Of a stretch of 64,000 nucleotides of DNA, positions 49,172-61,008 are shown in pieces. The stretch is from Antedon mediterranea (Eukaryota > Animalia > Echinodermata). The position numbers were made by a program, and so were the translations under genes. The notes beneath the pieces were generated by a model. That model had not been told where the DNA came from. It was given only the letters and a program-made list of their open reading frames with translations, and searched no databases. The DNA lies in NCBI RefSeq assembly GCF_964355755.1, contig NC_092672.1, positions 4,216,001 through 4,280,000 of the forward strand. Direction: 5' to 3'. Each line of letters begins with the position of its first letter. Within the stretch, counting starts at the first letter, position 1.

Positions 49172-52100
49172 AGGGGGGTTCCGGGTTTAAAATGAATAGT
49201 AAAAAATGTAAAATATATTTGTTTGTCTCTTGAACGGTAAAAGTTTCAATTTATATAAGCGCCCAGTGAAGCAGAACGAAGGCTGTGAAATCAGGCCAGA
49301 TTACAAGTGCAGCTACGGCAAAATCACACTGTGGTTACAAAATAGGAAATTCGTGAAATGGTCCATCTTCCGACGACTCGTTATCATAAACCATATCAAT
49401 TACTTTTGTAAAATTATACTTATCTGATGTAATTTTAGTCAGTCTTCCCATTTATAAAGTCAATTTTTTATGAAAATTCATCAAAACAGTGAAAAATTAG
49501 ATATGTTTGTACTTTACGTTTGCCGATTTTCGCACCGACTTAGGGAAAAATCAAAATCAATGAAGCGTAACGTATACTGTACATTCCTGCTGAGGATCGA
49601 GCGAGACGACGATACACGTGCTCTCTCTGCTGCCCATGCCTGGCATCGTCACGTGATAAGCAGATACAACAATACCAAACTGGTCGGGTCGAGTATACCC
49701 CGTCTATAATCACAACATGAACGATGTACAGTATTTGATTGAAGGTCGACTTGACCTACCGGAATGGTATAGTAATATAGCTCGAATGAGAGAGTTGGAA
49801 TATTTGTGTAGTGCAGCCTATAGTAAAAGGCCTGGTAGTATCAATTCGCATAGGGTCTCTGGGGCGGATCCAGAGGGGGGGTCCACACCCCCCCCCCTAA
49901 ATTTTAAGGGTGCCCTTTTTTTAGAGGTTCAATATTGTATTCGTGTGACATATTTGTGTGTATATTAGTATGCACAGAGTAGGCTACACTAACCCCAAAA
50001 ATAAAAACAGAAATTTATCACAATGAGCGCGATGTTAAAGTTACGGCGGCCGATCAAAGAGCATCGTGAGAGGTGGTGACGCGTGATGATCTCTACTTAA
50101 ACTTCTAAAAATAGATCGTTTCACATACTACAGAGGGCGCATGTAAACTTTTTACGATTCAACTCCGCGTACGTTACCATGCGCGCTATGTCATTGACGC
50201 GATTATTTGTCCATTGGTAAACACATTTTTATGTATTATTATTCTGAAAATAATTGAACTGTAAACATAATTCTTTTGAGTATTTGTTTATTTACATATC
50301 ATTCCATCAGATCAACTATTTTTTATTTCCATTACATCCAACCAAACATGTAAAAAATGTAGTTAAAATATCGTACTATCTAGCGCGTACGACCATACGC
50401 GGTAGATTGTTTACTCAAAAATCATCGAACGGTCCTTACACTATTCAGGGAGTTGTAAAATCAACTCCCTGCACTATTCAACCTTGTTTTTGTAGTTGAG
50501 CCTCTCATGACCTGGGATTTGTTTGTCTTCCTACGCCAAGATAATATAGTTCTACAAGCCACGTGCTTTTTTCTCTGAGAAATATTTATTATAAGTGCCA
50601 AAAAAATCGATATGAAGCCTTTATTATTCAAATCTTTTAAAGAAAAATCACACATACCATAAAGAAGGTTCATTTATTTCATTTTTTAAACAATATTTGT
50701 GAAAATTACGTGAGGCTCAACTACAAAACCACCATTTTGTGATATAATGTCATCGTAAGCCAATCAAAGCTGAGCTTTCCCGCGAACGCTTCCCGCGTTC
50801 GGCAGAACTCTCACGGTTGAATGATTTTGGATTCTGGCTATTTGATTGGTGGACAGCGGAATGTTTTCTCTCTCTCGCGTGTACCAAGAAGTCACGTGAT
50901 CTCTCTGTACTGAACGGTACGACACAAATTTAGAGCAATGAATTTGTACGAATTCCGTTAAATAAACAACTCTATATATTTTATAAACATTTAATAACAT
51001 ATTTTATTGATATTTCCAATGTTGATATATAAAAGAAATTACTATAAAACGTAATTATATGTAATTATTTTAGCGAAAAATGGCGCAATTTGTTTACAAC
51101 GTTCGTGGCTAAAAACGATCATTTTCGGCAATGTTTTAGACCCTATATTTCGAAAACTACAACAAGTCAGATTTTCGTAATTCTTTCTTTATTAGAATAT
51201 TGAAACAAAATACCAACAGATAATGTTTAAATTGGTTGAAAAATAACAACTTTTAATTTTGCATCGTTATCCCTGCTAATAAAGTATCATTTCCGGCGAA
51301 CTAGAAAGGTGCCATTTATCATGGATTTTGCGTGCGAGAGTGCCATTTCCGGCCATCTAAGTGTGTTCTGTAACAAAATTCGCTTCGCCACAACCCCCAC
51401 CATGGGGGGGCTGTGGCTCAAATACTCAAAATCTGATGTGCCCTTTTTATCGCCGGACCCCCCCTCTCAAAAATGTCTGGATCCGCCCCAGGGTCTACTA
51501 CACTAGCTAGCTCAATTTTTAACTGGGCCGGATCGGCTAGGTCTCCTTCCTACTACCTGGTCTACTTGCTTGATGCATGAGTATCCGCTTTTTTGGAGAG
51601 TAAACTAAGCCTATTTTATTTTAGGCCTACTTAGACGATCGGGACACCATACGACGGACGTGTGGACGGCGATCGGACCTTGTTTTGCTTCAATATTTAC
51701 AGCCGATTTTGTAGAACGTTTTAGGTTTAGATTGTTTAGGAGTTTGGTTGATAGGATGGGTTTTGTTATTTATGGGCCAATCGTCTAGTAGTAGGCTAGC
51801 TAGGCCCACATGGGCCCCATTGTTTTAACGTAGCCATCGTGGCATGGAATCCCTAGTCAGAATGGCTCTCGCCCATATTATTATTAGGCTAGGCCTAGAG
51901 TAGTATTGTACGTGAAGCCGATAATACGATCTGTACTATAGAGGTATAAAAATAGTATAATTTATGACTCCGTATCTGTACTGAATTTTGTATTTCATTA
52001 AATGTCAAATAAATAAATGCTACTACTGTTATTATTACACTTTAGGCCTAGCTTAGAAAATCTACAAAAAATGTATTTCACAATGATCGGGTGGTTGTCG

Positions 52101-52390
52101 TTTGACAGGGGAGAGAGATGTAAATTAGTTGACAAACACAACGTACATGACGTCGCGAGTTTGGAATCCACTGGTGACGTGATTTTGTGAATATCTCATG
52201 AATATTAATGAGCTTCCCTAAGCTGCTGAAAAACAGACTTTCCATGAATTTACCCTAAAATGTATATGAAATTTAATTTTTTTAATTTCTCGTTATTACT
52301 TCTTCATTCTGACATGTCTATATTGTTATAATATTTTTTATTTAATAAATAAACGATATTTAAAAGCAATTTTAAACCCAGAATCCCCCT
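49172..52390. mobile_element. Non-autonomous Kolobok-like DNA transposon, 3.2 kb
   Basis: TTAA on both sides (49168-49171, 52391-52394); TIR AGGGGGGTTCCGGGTTTAAAAT / ATTTTAAACCCAGAATCCCCCT; AG start fits Kolobok rather than piggyBac (CCC); no transposase ORF. Confidence 0.8.
49859..51491. mobile_element. Nested non-autonomous TIR element with 5-bp TSD (hAT5-like)
   Basis: Perfect 16-bp TIR CTGGGGCGGATCCAGA / TCTGGATCCGCCCCAG; GGTCT duplicated at 49854-49858 and 51492-51496. Confidence 0.85.
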
Positions 52391-52959
52391 TTAATGTTAC
52401 GTTAGCAAGGATCACTTAATTAGTGCTTGTTTGTTTTCTTGATTGTAAATAAACAATATATTTTAAAATGTTGTTAGAAAAAGGAATTTTGATGATGATG
52501 ACCAATGTTTTTTTTTTGTATCTATCATGAATGGTAATGGCCATACAGTTTTTTGTTTTACTGTTATGCAATGCTCTATGCAATTGATTCAGAACCTTAA
52601 GCTCTGTTAACACCGTCAAACTAGTTTGACAAAAAAGGTGTGTGTCCAAATATGATAGCAATAAGACATCATGTCCATATATGGCACATCAAGTTGATGT
52701 TTTATCAGTAATTCTACTCATTTCAACAGGACAATATGCAATCAAAATGGTAATTCTGATCAGTGATAGTATTGATATTTGTGGTCCCCTGCACAATTTA
52801 ATCACATGCTCCTCAAAGAAGCATGCATCCTTAAAGCCATACTGAAACTCAATGGTGCAAAACTTAAGTACAGTCATCATGTACTGTTATGAGTCAACAA
52901 GGTGCATATCAAATCAACAAAGTGAACAAGTGCCTTTCTTACTGGTCGGATATTTGTTC

Positions 52960-53385
52960 CCACCAATGTTATTACGTGCAATCAACACTGTGCTATCAGC
53001 TTACATTTGATGTCATATCATCTTCAGGTTATAGGTCAATCTTGTGTATATAATCCAAGTTTGCGTGATAACTGATCGTCTTACATTTATGTTGTCATCT
53101 TTAGGTCATAGGTCAATCCTTGTTATAATCCAAATTTATTACGTGAATATACCACTGTGCTACATGGTGAGTTTATCTTCAATGTATCTTCAGGTCGTAT
53201 GTCAATCCTTATTATAATCGAAGTATTACATATACCACCATGCTACATGATGAGCTTACTTTTGACGTCATCATCAGGTCATGGGTCAAATCTTGTTATA
53301 ATCCATGTTTATTACGTGCATATACCACTCTGCTATATGGTGAGCTTACAGTTGATGTCATATCATCAGGTCATGGGTCAATACT
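52960..53385. repeat. Diverged tandem repeat of about 80-90 bp, about 5 copies, 3' of the NLE1 stop
   Basis: Recurring TCAGGTCATGGGTCAATC(C)TTGTTATAATCC...TATTACGTGCATATACCAC. Confidence 0.75.
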
Positions 53386-53415
53386 TCCAAAATCCCAGTT
53401 TTATTTTTTTACAAA

Positions 53416-56400
53416 TTACCTTCTCCACCTGTAAAGTAAAACATTGTTGATTAATTACAGTAACAATCAACAGGAAAAAAAGGGGGATTGAAACCCATCA
53501 CCCTGGTAACCATATTGAATTGCACATTTTGTGATAACATTTAATTTGCCTGTAGCCCTCAAAGGATTATAAATTTTCAAGATTTTAACTTACAATTTAA
53601 GAACCTTGTCTTTTCCACCACTAGCAACACGCTGTCCATCTGGGCTCCAGTCCACAGCATACACCTCATCAGCGTGACCTGGTAGGTCAATTGATAGCTT
53701 CTTAGTTGTCATGTCCCAGACTTTGAGTGTGCTGTCTGCACTACCGCTGCAAAGGAGTCTACTATCAGCTGACCATGCAATCTAAAGGAAGAATTTTTAT
53801 ATTTTGATCAATTAGAATTTTAAATTTTCTTTAAGATGGAAATCAACTTTATAATAAAAATGTGAATTTTATGGAAACAAATGTTTACCTGGTAAACTCT
53901 TCCGACATGACCTCGTAATGATGCAATAAATCTGTGAATTTAAAAATAAAGTATAAATAAAATTGTTATACTATAGAGGAGAAAAGAATGATTATCGCTA
54001 CTAAAGCTGTCTACAATATCAAACTTTATGTTATGTGCCCATATATGGACTTGATGATGTCATTTCACTACCATATTTGAGCATATCACTACCATACTTG
54101 GGCATATCACATGTTTTTTTGGCAACACAAGCTTACTTTCCAGTTCGTCCATCCCAAATCTTAACAGACTTATCGAACGAAGCACTTGCTATCAACCTAG
54201 TGTCTGGAGAAAAAAGAACTTGATTGATTGGCTGTTGATGACCAGTCATGCGTGCAATTGGTTTCTTGTCTTCTTCTGGTTTCCACAGAAACAAGGTAAA
54301 GTCATCAGATCCTGAAACTAGTCTTTCCGAACATCCATCCTAAAGTACAGAAATACACAAATATAATAGGAAATACAAACTCTTATATAATATACAGTTT
54401 ATATGAAAACATGAGTTAATTACGGACTGTTTCATTTACAATCAGGGGTGGTCCTAGTAAAAAATTGATAAAAAGGCATTGTTGTATTTATTCATGTAAG
54501 TATTCAAAAAATATGTAAAAAAACAGTAAATACTAACCATGACTGTGTTTAATCTCTCAAGGGCCTTTTTGGATAATTCTTCACCTAAATAATTTAAAAA
54601 AACAACAACATTTGTAACTCATCAATTAAGCAGATATTGTATTGATGTATGTATAGCGCCCATTGTGGTGAATATAAATGATTAATAATAAATAATATCT
54701 ATATATGTTGGAAGAATTTCATCTGGTTGTGGAATAGGTATTACATAAAATTTCTTTTTTTCAAAAAGAAATTTTATGTAATATCTATATAGCGCCTAAT
54801 GTTGTGAAACCTGTAAGCGCCAAACATTAGTACCCCAGTCATTTTTTGGGATCAAACACGTATGGAAACATACTCCCATAATACAGCTAGTAATCAGCAC
54901 ATTATTATTGAATATATCAGGATTTTTAATTAAGCAGAGATTAAAAAAACACATGAAAGACATACAGAGCTGAAAATGTTAAAATACTAGAGAATGCTGA
55001 AGTATTTCCTACACATGACACATACCTGTTTCTGTAATTGGTTGATGGACTACTTTTGCATCAGCTGGGTTAAAAGCACCTGTTCTCATCACATAATCTG
55101 TACTTAATGCCATTGTGTTAACCCAATGACCATGCCCCTCCAGCGTTCGACAAAGAACTCCCTACATTTAGAAACATCATGATACAATAATAAACCTACT
55201 AACAAAGCAGCAACTTTATACTGTGCCCAATAAAAAATAAATAAAATTGGGCTCTAATTCAAAATCAGTGACGTATGGATGGATGGATGGATGGATAGAG
55301 TGTGACAATCCGAGACGACTACCATTAGAATCATAGAGTCATCCAGCCATAAACCCATGTCACTGAAGCAGCTATGCTCTATGGCATAAATAATAAATTA
55401 CCTATTCATATAAGCAGGCTCTTATCTAAACAGGGCCTTTTCTATAGTATGATAATTTCATAGAATTTTTTTTTTTCAATTTCACAAAATCTAAAAATAC
55501 TTACATCAGAAGCCCTCCATACTTTAATAGTTCTATCTTGAGATGCAGAATAAAGTAAACCAGTTCCGCCCCACTTAACACAAGACACGCACTGAACATG
55601 CCCAGATAAAACCTTAATTGTTTGACCAATGACAGTGTCCCAAATTCGTATAGTGCCATCTTTTGATGAGCTGGCAAGGAATCTACAATTACTATTGGCA
55701 TGAAAAGGTTCCCATGACAACGAAGTGATCCATTGTTTATGACCTGTAAGAGGTTTGCAAATTTGCTTCCCGGTTTTTGGATCCCAGATGAAAATCTATT
55801 AATTAGAAGAACAAAAATAAAAGTGCAGTAAAAATAACCCGCTACTATATAAGTATGACCTCAACAATAACGACTAGTAGGTAATTATAACAATATACTG
55901 ACAAAGTTAATACACTAAAGCTCTGTCTACACTATCAAACTTTATGTGATGTGCGCATATATGGACATGATGATGCCATATCACTACCATATTTGGGCAC
56001 ATCACACTTTTTTATCACATAAAGTGTAGAGAGAGCTTTAAAATAGTGTCATACCTGACTATTTTTGCAACCAGAAGCTAATTTCATGCCATCTGGAGAC
56101 CATGCTATACACAATACCCAGTGTTTGTGACCTGTGGTAGACAATTAAAAAAATACTAATTTATAATATGAATATATTTTCCTGTTTGTTTGCTGTTATA
56201 TTGAGTGAGCACAAAATCTGTTTTGGCTTTAGCCACTTCTAACTCCTGATTATAAAGCTCATCAATGCAATGTGCTTGCAGCCTATATATGGACATGATG
56301 ATGTCATATCACTACCAAATAGTATTTAAGCATATCACTACCCTATAGTATTTAAGCATATCACTACCATATTTGGGCATATCACATTTTGTTGTCACAT

Positions 56401-59004
56401 AAAGTCTGATAGTGTAGACAGAGCTTTAGTCAATGTGAACAAATAAATATTTTATTGTTATTACTTGTCTCTGTCCATTTGTAATAACTGTGTTTATGCA
56501 GATTGTTCTATTTGATAGATTTAAAACAATAATTGTTAAAACAAATGTTTGTATAAGTAGGCATACCATACCTTTGCATGTATGATGAGGTGTCTCAGTA
56601 TTAACATCCCAAAATCTTACTGTTGTATCACCTGACCCACTTGCAAGATACCTAATAGAATTTTTTTTGGAATATATTAATGTTTCAGTTTTAGTTTCAG
56701 TTTTTATTTTCCAATATAAAACATAGTGTAAATAAATATATGCATAAAAAATGGAAGGATGACCAAAAAAAGAGCAAAGCTCGTACAGTATTTGGCCACC
56801 TTAACAAAATAATTAATACATGATACAAACATAATTGAAGGACGAGACAATGTTACACTTTACCGTATGTATTTGATGATTGCAGTAACCTACTAACATA
56901 CACAGTGCTCTAAAAGTTAGGCTACTCAGTTACTCTAATACAGTAGTTAACTAATTCTCATAGATCTTAATATTATTCTGAGTAATCATATAGATTACAA
57001 TGAAATGAGTTTTACAGTCCTTCAAAGCTGTCTACACTATCAAACTTTATGTGACAAAAAAAAATTTTTTGTCACATAAAGTTTGATAGTGTAGACAGAG
57101 CTTATCATTACCGTCCATCAGGACTAAATGACACAGATATGACAGCTTCTGCATGGCCTTCTATTGAGCTAGTACATCGAGTAACTGGTCTCACTCTAAA
57201 CACTGCCTGGGGTAGGTAGATGATTTGTAAAACTTTTTCAGTCTCTTGGGTACTGTTGTTGATAGTGTCTCTTATACTTCCTCTTATCTCAGTTTCATCA
57301 ACATAAAATGAATATGGAGTAGTCTCATCCTAAATTAAAAGAAATAAGTTATGCAAATAATTTAAAGTCATAGGAACGGTTGAACGAGTGTGTAATTATT
57401 TTCTTCTTTCAGTACGGTTGATAATTACTTAATAGTAAATATCTGGTGTGGAGGCTACAGGCATGGTTCACCATGCGTCAAATTCATTGTACAACCATGT
57501 GCCTTTAATCTGTTGTTTAGCAGTATAAAAAACTACTACTTTTTTGGACTAACAAATAGTCACTTCTGCAGTACAATATACCTTTTGCAGTACCGCATTA
57601 CACACGAGCTGAAGTTTGTCTGCAGTTATATCAAGTGGAAGGTCAAATGGTGCTCCAACTGTCTCGCCATTTTCACTCACAAATTGAGCTAAAATACGTT
57701 CTCCTTCTTCAAGGCTAAAAAAAAAATTCGTAAAATTTGTACTTTGTATGTAAAAAAAATATCATAATTATTCTAATATTTAATAACAATTTTGACATTA
57801 AGACTAAAACGAGTGAAGGAATCCTCAATCAACCACTACCACATTGAGCCTTGTCTAGCCTACCATCATGGACATAGTAAGCCCACACTCAGTAGGCAGC
57901 AGCAGTAACTAACATTATTAGCAATCATTGCACATGTTATGCGCGATTTGAACGATTTGCGCAATTTGAAATTGCGCAAAAAAAATCCTTGCGCAATTTG
58001 AATTGAAACATGTGTTTCAAATTGCGCAAGCAACGTATTAAATTGCGCAAGTAATCTGCAAATTGCGCAAGGTTTTTCGACAGATTGTGAAATCATGCAC
58101 ACCCATATTTTTATAGTAATTTCTAAGAATGATTCAAAATTAAAGATAAATATCGCATTTCCTTATTTTAGTAGTGCAAATATTGTTATAAGTTAGCATA
58201 CCGTCGAAGAACCGACGAAGGAAAACGAAGCGGTGGTGTTACACCAGGCGGGCGCGGCGCGGGCGGCCGGCTATACTACTCTAGCCTAGCTAGGGTCTGG
58301 ACTACTGATACTGACTAGGTTACATGGCCTAGCTTAAACTAATATTAAAAACTTAATTTTTACATTTATTTTGATTTATTTCAAGTTACAGTGATAATAT
58401 TATTTAATTGTAATAATAAATGTTATGTATTTATTATACACATGTTATCTTCGCATTTATTATGTTTTATTTTGAGTTATTTAGTTTCCAATAAATTATT
58501 ATAATACCGATTGTCTGGTAGAATTTTGTTGCGCAATTTGAAAATTTACAGTTCGTTTTCAAATTGCGCAAAGGTGTCATATTGCGCAAGAACTATCTTG
58601 CGCAATTTACAAATTGTGCAGCGCAATTTAAAATTGCGCAAAGATTTTCTTGCGCAATTTGAAATTGCGCAAGTTGATTGCGCAATTTGAAATTGCGCAA
58701 AAAAATCCTTGCGCAATTTTAAATTGTGCAAGAATTCTTTGCGCAATTTCAAATTGCGCAAGGATTTTTTTGCGCAATTTCAAATTGCGCAAATCGTTCA
58801 AATCGCGCATAACACACACACACACACACTGTGACACAGGCCAGGGCCTACTATATATAGCCTACCGGCCTGTAATTTGTAAAGTGTAACAAGCTTAGCT
58901 AGGCCATAATAATAAGTTCTGATCCTTCTTGTAAATATCAACAACTGTATATTGAAGATTTTTATATTTGAAACATTGATATTTATTTAGTATACTTACC
59001 TCAT
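53416..59004 (-). CDS. NLE1: Notchless protein homolog 1 (WD40, 60S ribosome biogenesis), 477 aa, 12 exons
   Basis: NLE domain ([20 protein letters not shown]) and WD repeats ([40 protein letters not shown]). Exons 59004-59000, 57714-57582, 57329-57112, 56651-56572, 56131-56055, 55795-55505, 55161-55026, 54584-54538, 54339-54137, 53931-53889, 53781-53594, 53428-53416; 1434 nt. Confidence 0.95.
55919..56037. mobile_element. MITE family 2 in NLE1 intron 5
   Basis: TAA-AGCTCTGTCTACACT ... AGTGTAGAGAGAGCT-TTA. Confidence 0.85.
57935..58814. mobile_element. Foldback element with TGTT termini and AAATTGCGCAA sub-terminal arrays (Ginger-like, tentative)
   Basis: Long TIR TGTTATGCGCGATTTGAACGATTTGCGCAATTTGAAATTGCGCAAAAAA mirrored at the right end; CACA on both flanks; lies in NLE1 intron 1. 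Confidence 0.8.
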
Positions 59005-59316
59005 AATTGACAGATGAATTTTATCGTCTGCACGCAACTTTCTACTTTAATAAAACGCATGACTGGCTATAGGCCTAGCACATGTTTATAAAACTTTAAC
59101 CTTTAAATTATGTAAATTCAACATTGCTTTTATATTTGTTAATAATTATATCGTTAAATTGAGAAACCACAAATGTTTAATATTAGTTTAAAACATATAA
59201 ACTAAATTAATATAAATTAATATAATTAATTATATCGACAAAAATAGTGTATAATTGTAAATAATATGTAAACACAAGTTTATGTAGTTCGAGGCTAAAA
59301 AAGGCATTCTGTCAAA
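59005..59316. promoter_or_regulatory. Putative bidirectional promoter, NLE1/UQCR10
   Basis: Start codons diverge 312 bp apart; YY1-like AAAATGGCG overlaps the UQCR10 ATG. Confidence 0.7.
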
Positions 59317-60014
59317 ATGGCGTTAATCAGTACGGTGTACAACGCTTTTTTCAAAAGATCTTCAACATTTTTTCTAACAATTATCGTTGGAGCTGTAGTA
59401 TTTGAAAGAGCATTTGATTCAGGAGCAGAGTCTTTATATGACAATATAAATAAAGGGGTAATACACTTGTAATGTTTGTGTTAATCCTACTAATTTAGGC
59501 TAGCTAGGCTAGGCTAGGCCTACTATATGTACGTGCCGGCATTTTCGTCGGGAGGGTTTTTAGGAGACTACCACCACCAGTAGAGCTTGTTCTCCCGCGA
59601 TGTGAACTTCCCAACGTGGAGGCCTAGAATATACAGAAAGTTAGTTTAGTGTTATACTAACAGAATGCGGCTAGATAAAGTCTTTTCAAATGATTTGGGA
59701 GAATATATTATTGTAAACAATATAAAATTGTATATTATTAATAAAAATTTAAATAAATTATAAATGATATTAATTATTTAATATAATATTAATAATTAAC
59801 GTTTGATTTTAAAATGAATACTGTATCTTTTTTAACATTTTTATTTATTAATTAGGCCGGTTAGCAAGTTTACTCTCTCTGGCCTTATTACTTGCATACT
59901 ATAGTAAAATAATAGTCATAATTATTAATATATTCTTTTCATGCATAGAAATTATGGAAACATATAAAACCTGAAATTGAAAGGAGAGCTGCAGAAGCAG
60001 GAGATGATGAATAA
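59317..60014 (+). CDS. UQCR10: Cytochrome b-c1 complex subunit 9 (QCR9), 68 aa, 2 exons; absent from the ORF track
   Basis: Exons 59317-59457 and 59949-60014: MALISTVYNAFFKRSSTFFLTIIVGAVVFERAFDSGAESLYDNINKG|KLWKHIKPEIERRAAEAGDDE. Confidence 0.95.
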
Positions 60015-61008
60015 ATTACTTATTAAAATGGAAACTGTTTACTCTTCTGTAGAGGATTTAGTTCAGCATGATGTTTGAACTGGAAATTTATAATATTTTA
60101 TTAATATTAGTCAACACTGAATTAGAAGACATCTCAAAGCTATGGAAATTCAAAGACATGCGACATTACCACAAAGAAATATCATATGTAGGGCATCTAG
60201 AAAAGAAGATCAAAATATTCACATCTACAAACTTTGACATTATTTTGCTGTTTGTTGTTGCAGTTTAAAAACCTGGGAACAATTTAAATGAAAAATTAAA
60301 TTCAAATTATCTGTTTATTTAGTTGATATGTGCAAAATATCTTGATAAAATTATTGGAAAGTTTAAAATACTGTGATTGTGTAGTGATTTATTGTTTTAT
60401 GCTTTTTTAAATGTATGACAGCAAAAATATAAAATTTAAAAAAAAAACAACGTATGGTACTGCATAGTAGTTATTCCATATTTACATGGCCATTTAATAT
60501 TTACAGTACAGTATTATATTATACAGTATAGTACTTTTTATTAGGAAAAGAAGATGAATCAGATAAAACCTCTATCCTATCAAAATCACTTACAAGGGTG
60601 TACCTGTCACATTTAATTTACTTCAGAAATATTTACAAATAAATTTAATTGATATTAATAAAGTATGTATTGCTAATGACTTCACCCGTTTATAAGGTTA
60701 CCAATATTGCACTAGGCCTAATACAGTATGTTTAAAATGTCTGAAATTACAATACATGAATGCTAGAGTCCGTTTGTGAGTATTTTAAGATGTCTATATA
60801 CCAGCTCAGTATATTATACCAAGGCAATCAAAACAACAGGACACCGAGCTTGTCTTGCCAAGGTAGGAACTTGTAACAGTCCTTTGATCTTATGTCTGGC
60901 TGCGACAAATACCAACATTGTACATTTTGGTGGTGCTTGTTAAGTGGTGTGGAACTGATCGGGTAGCAGCCATAGATAAACCCTTTGATCTCCAAGCACA
61001 GCATCCTG

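Noticed and set aside
49230-51506. Short ORFs as a transposase or THAP protein within the Kolobok-like element
   Set aside because: No recognisable catalytic or THAP motifs in any listed frame
57866-58889. Short ORFs rich in LRNFKLRK / AQFEIAQ
   Set aside because: Translations of the foldback element's sub-terminal repeats
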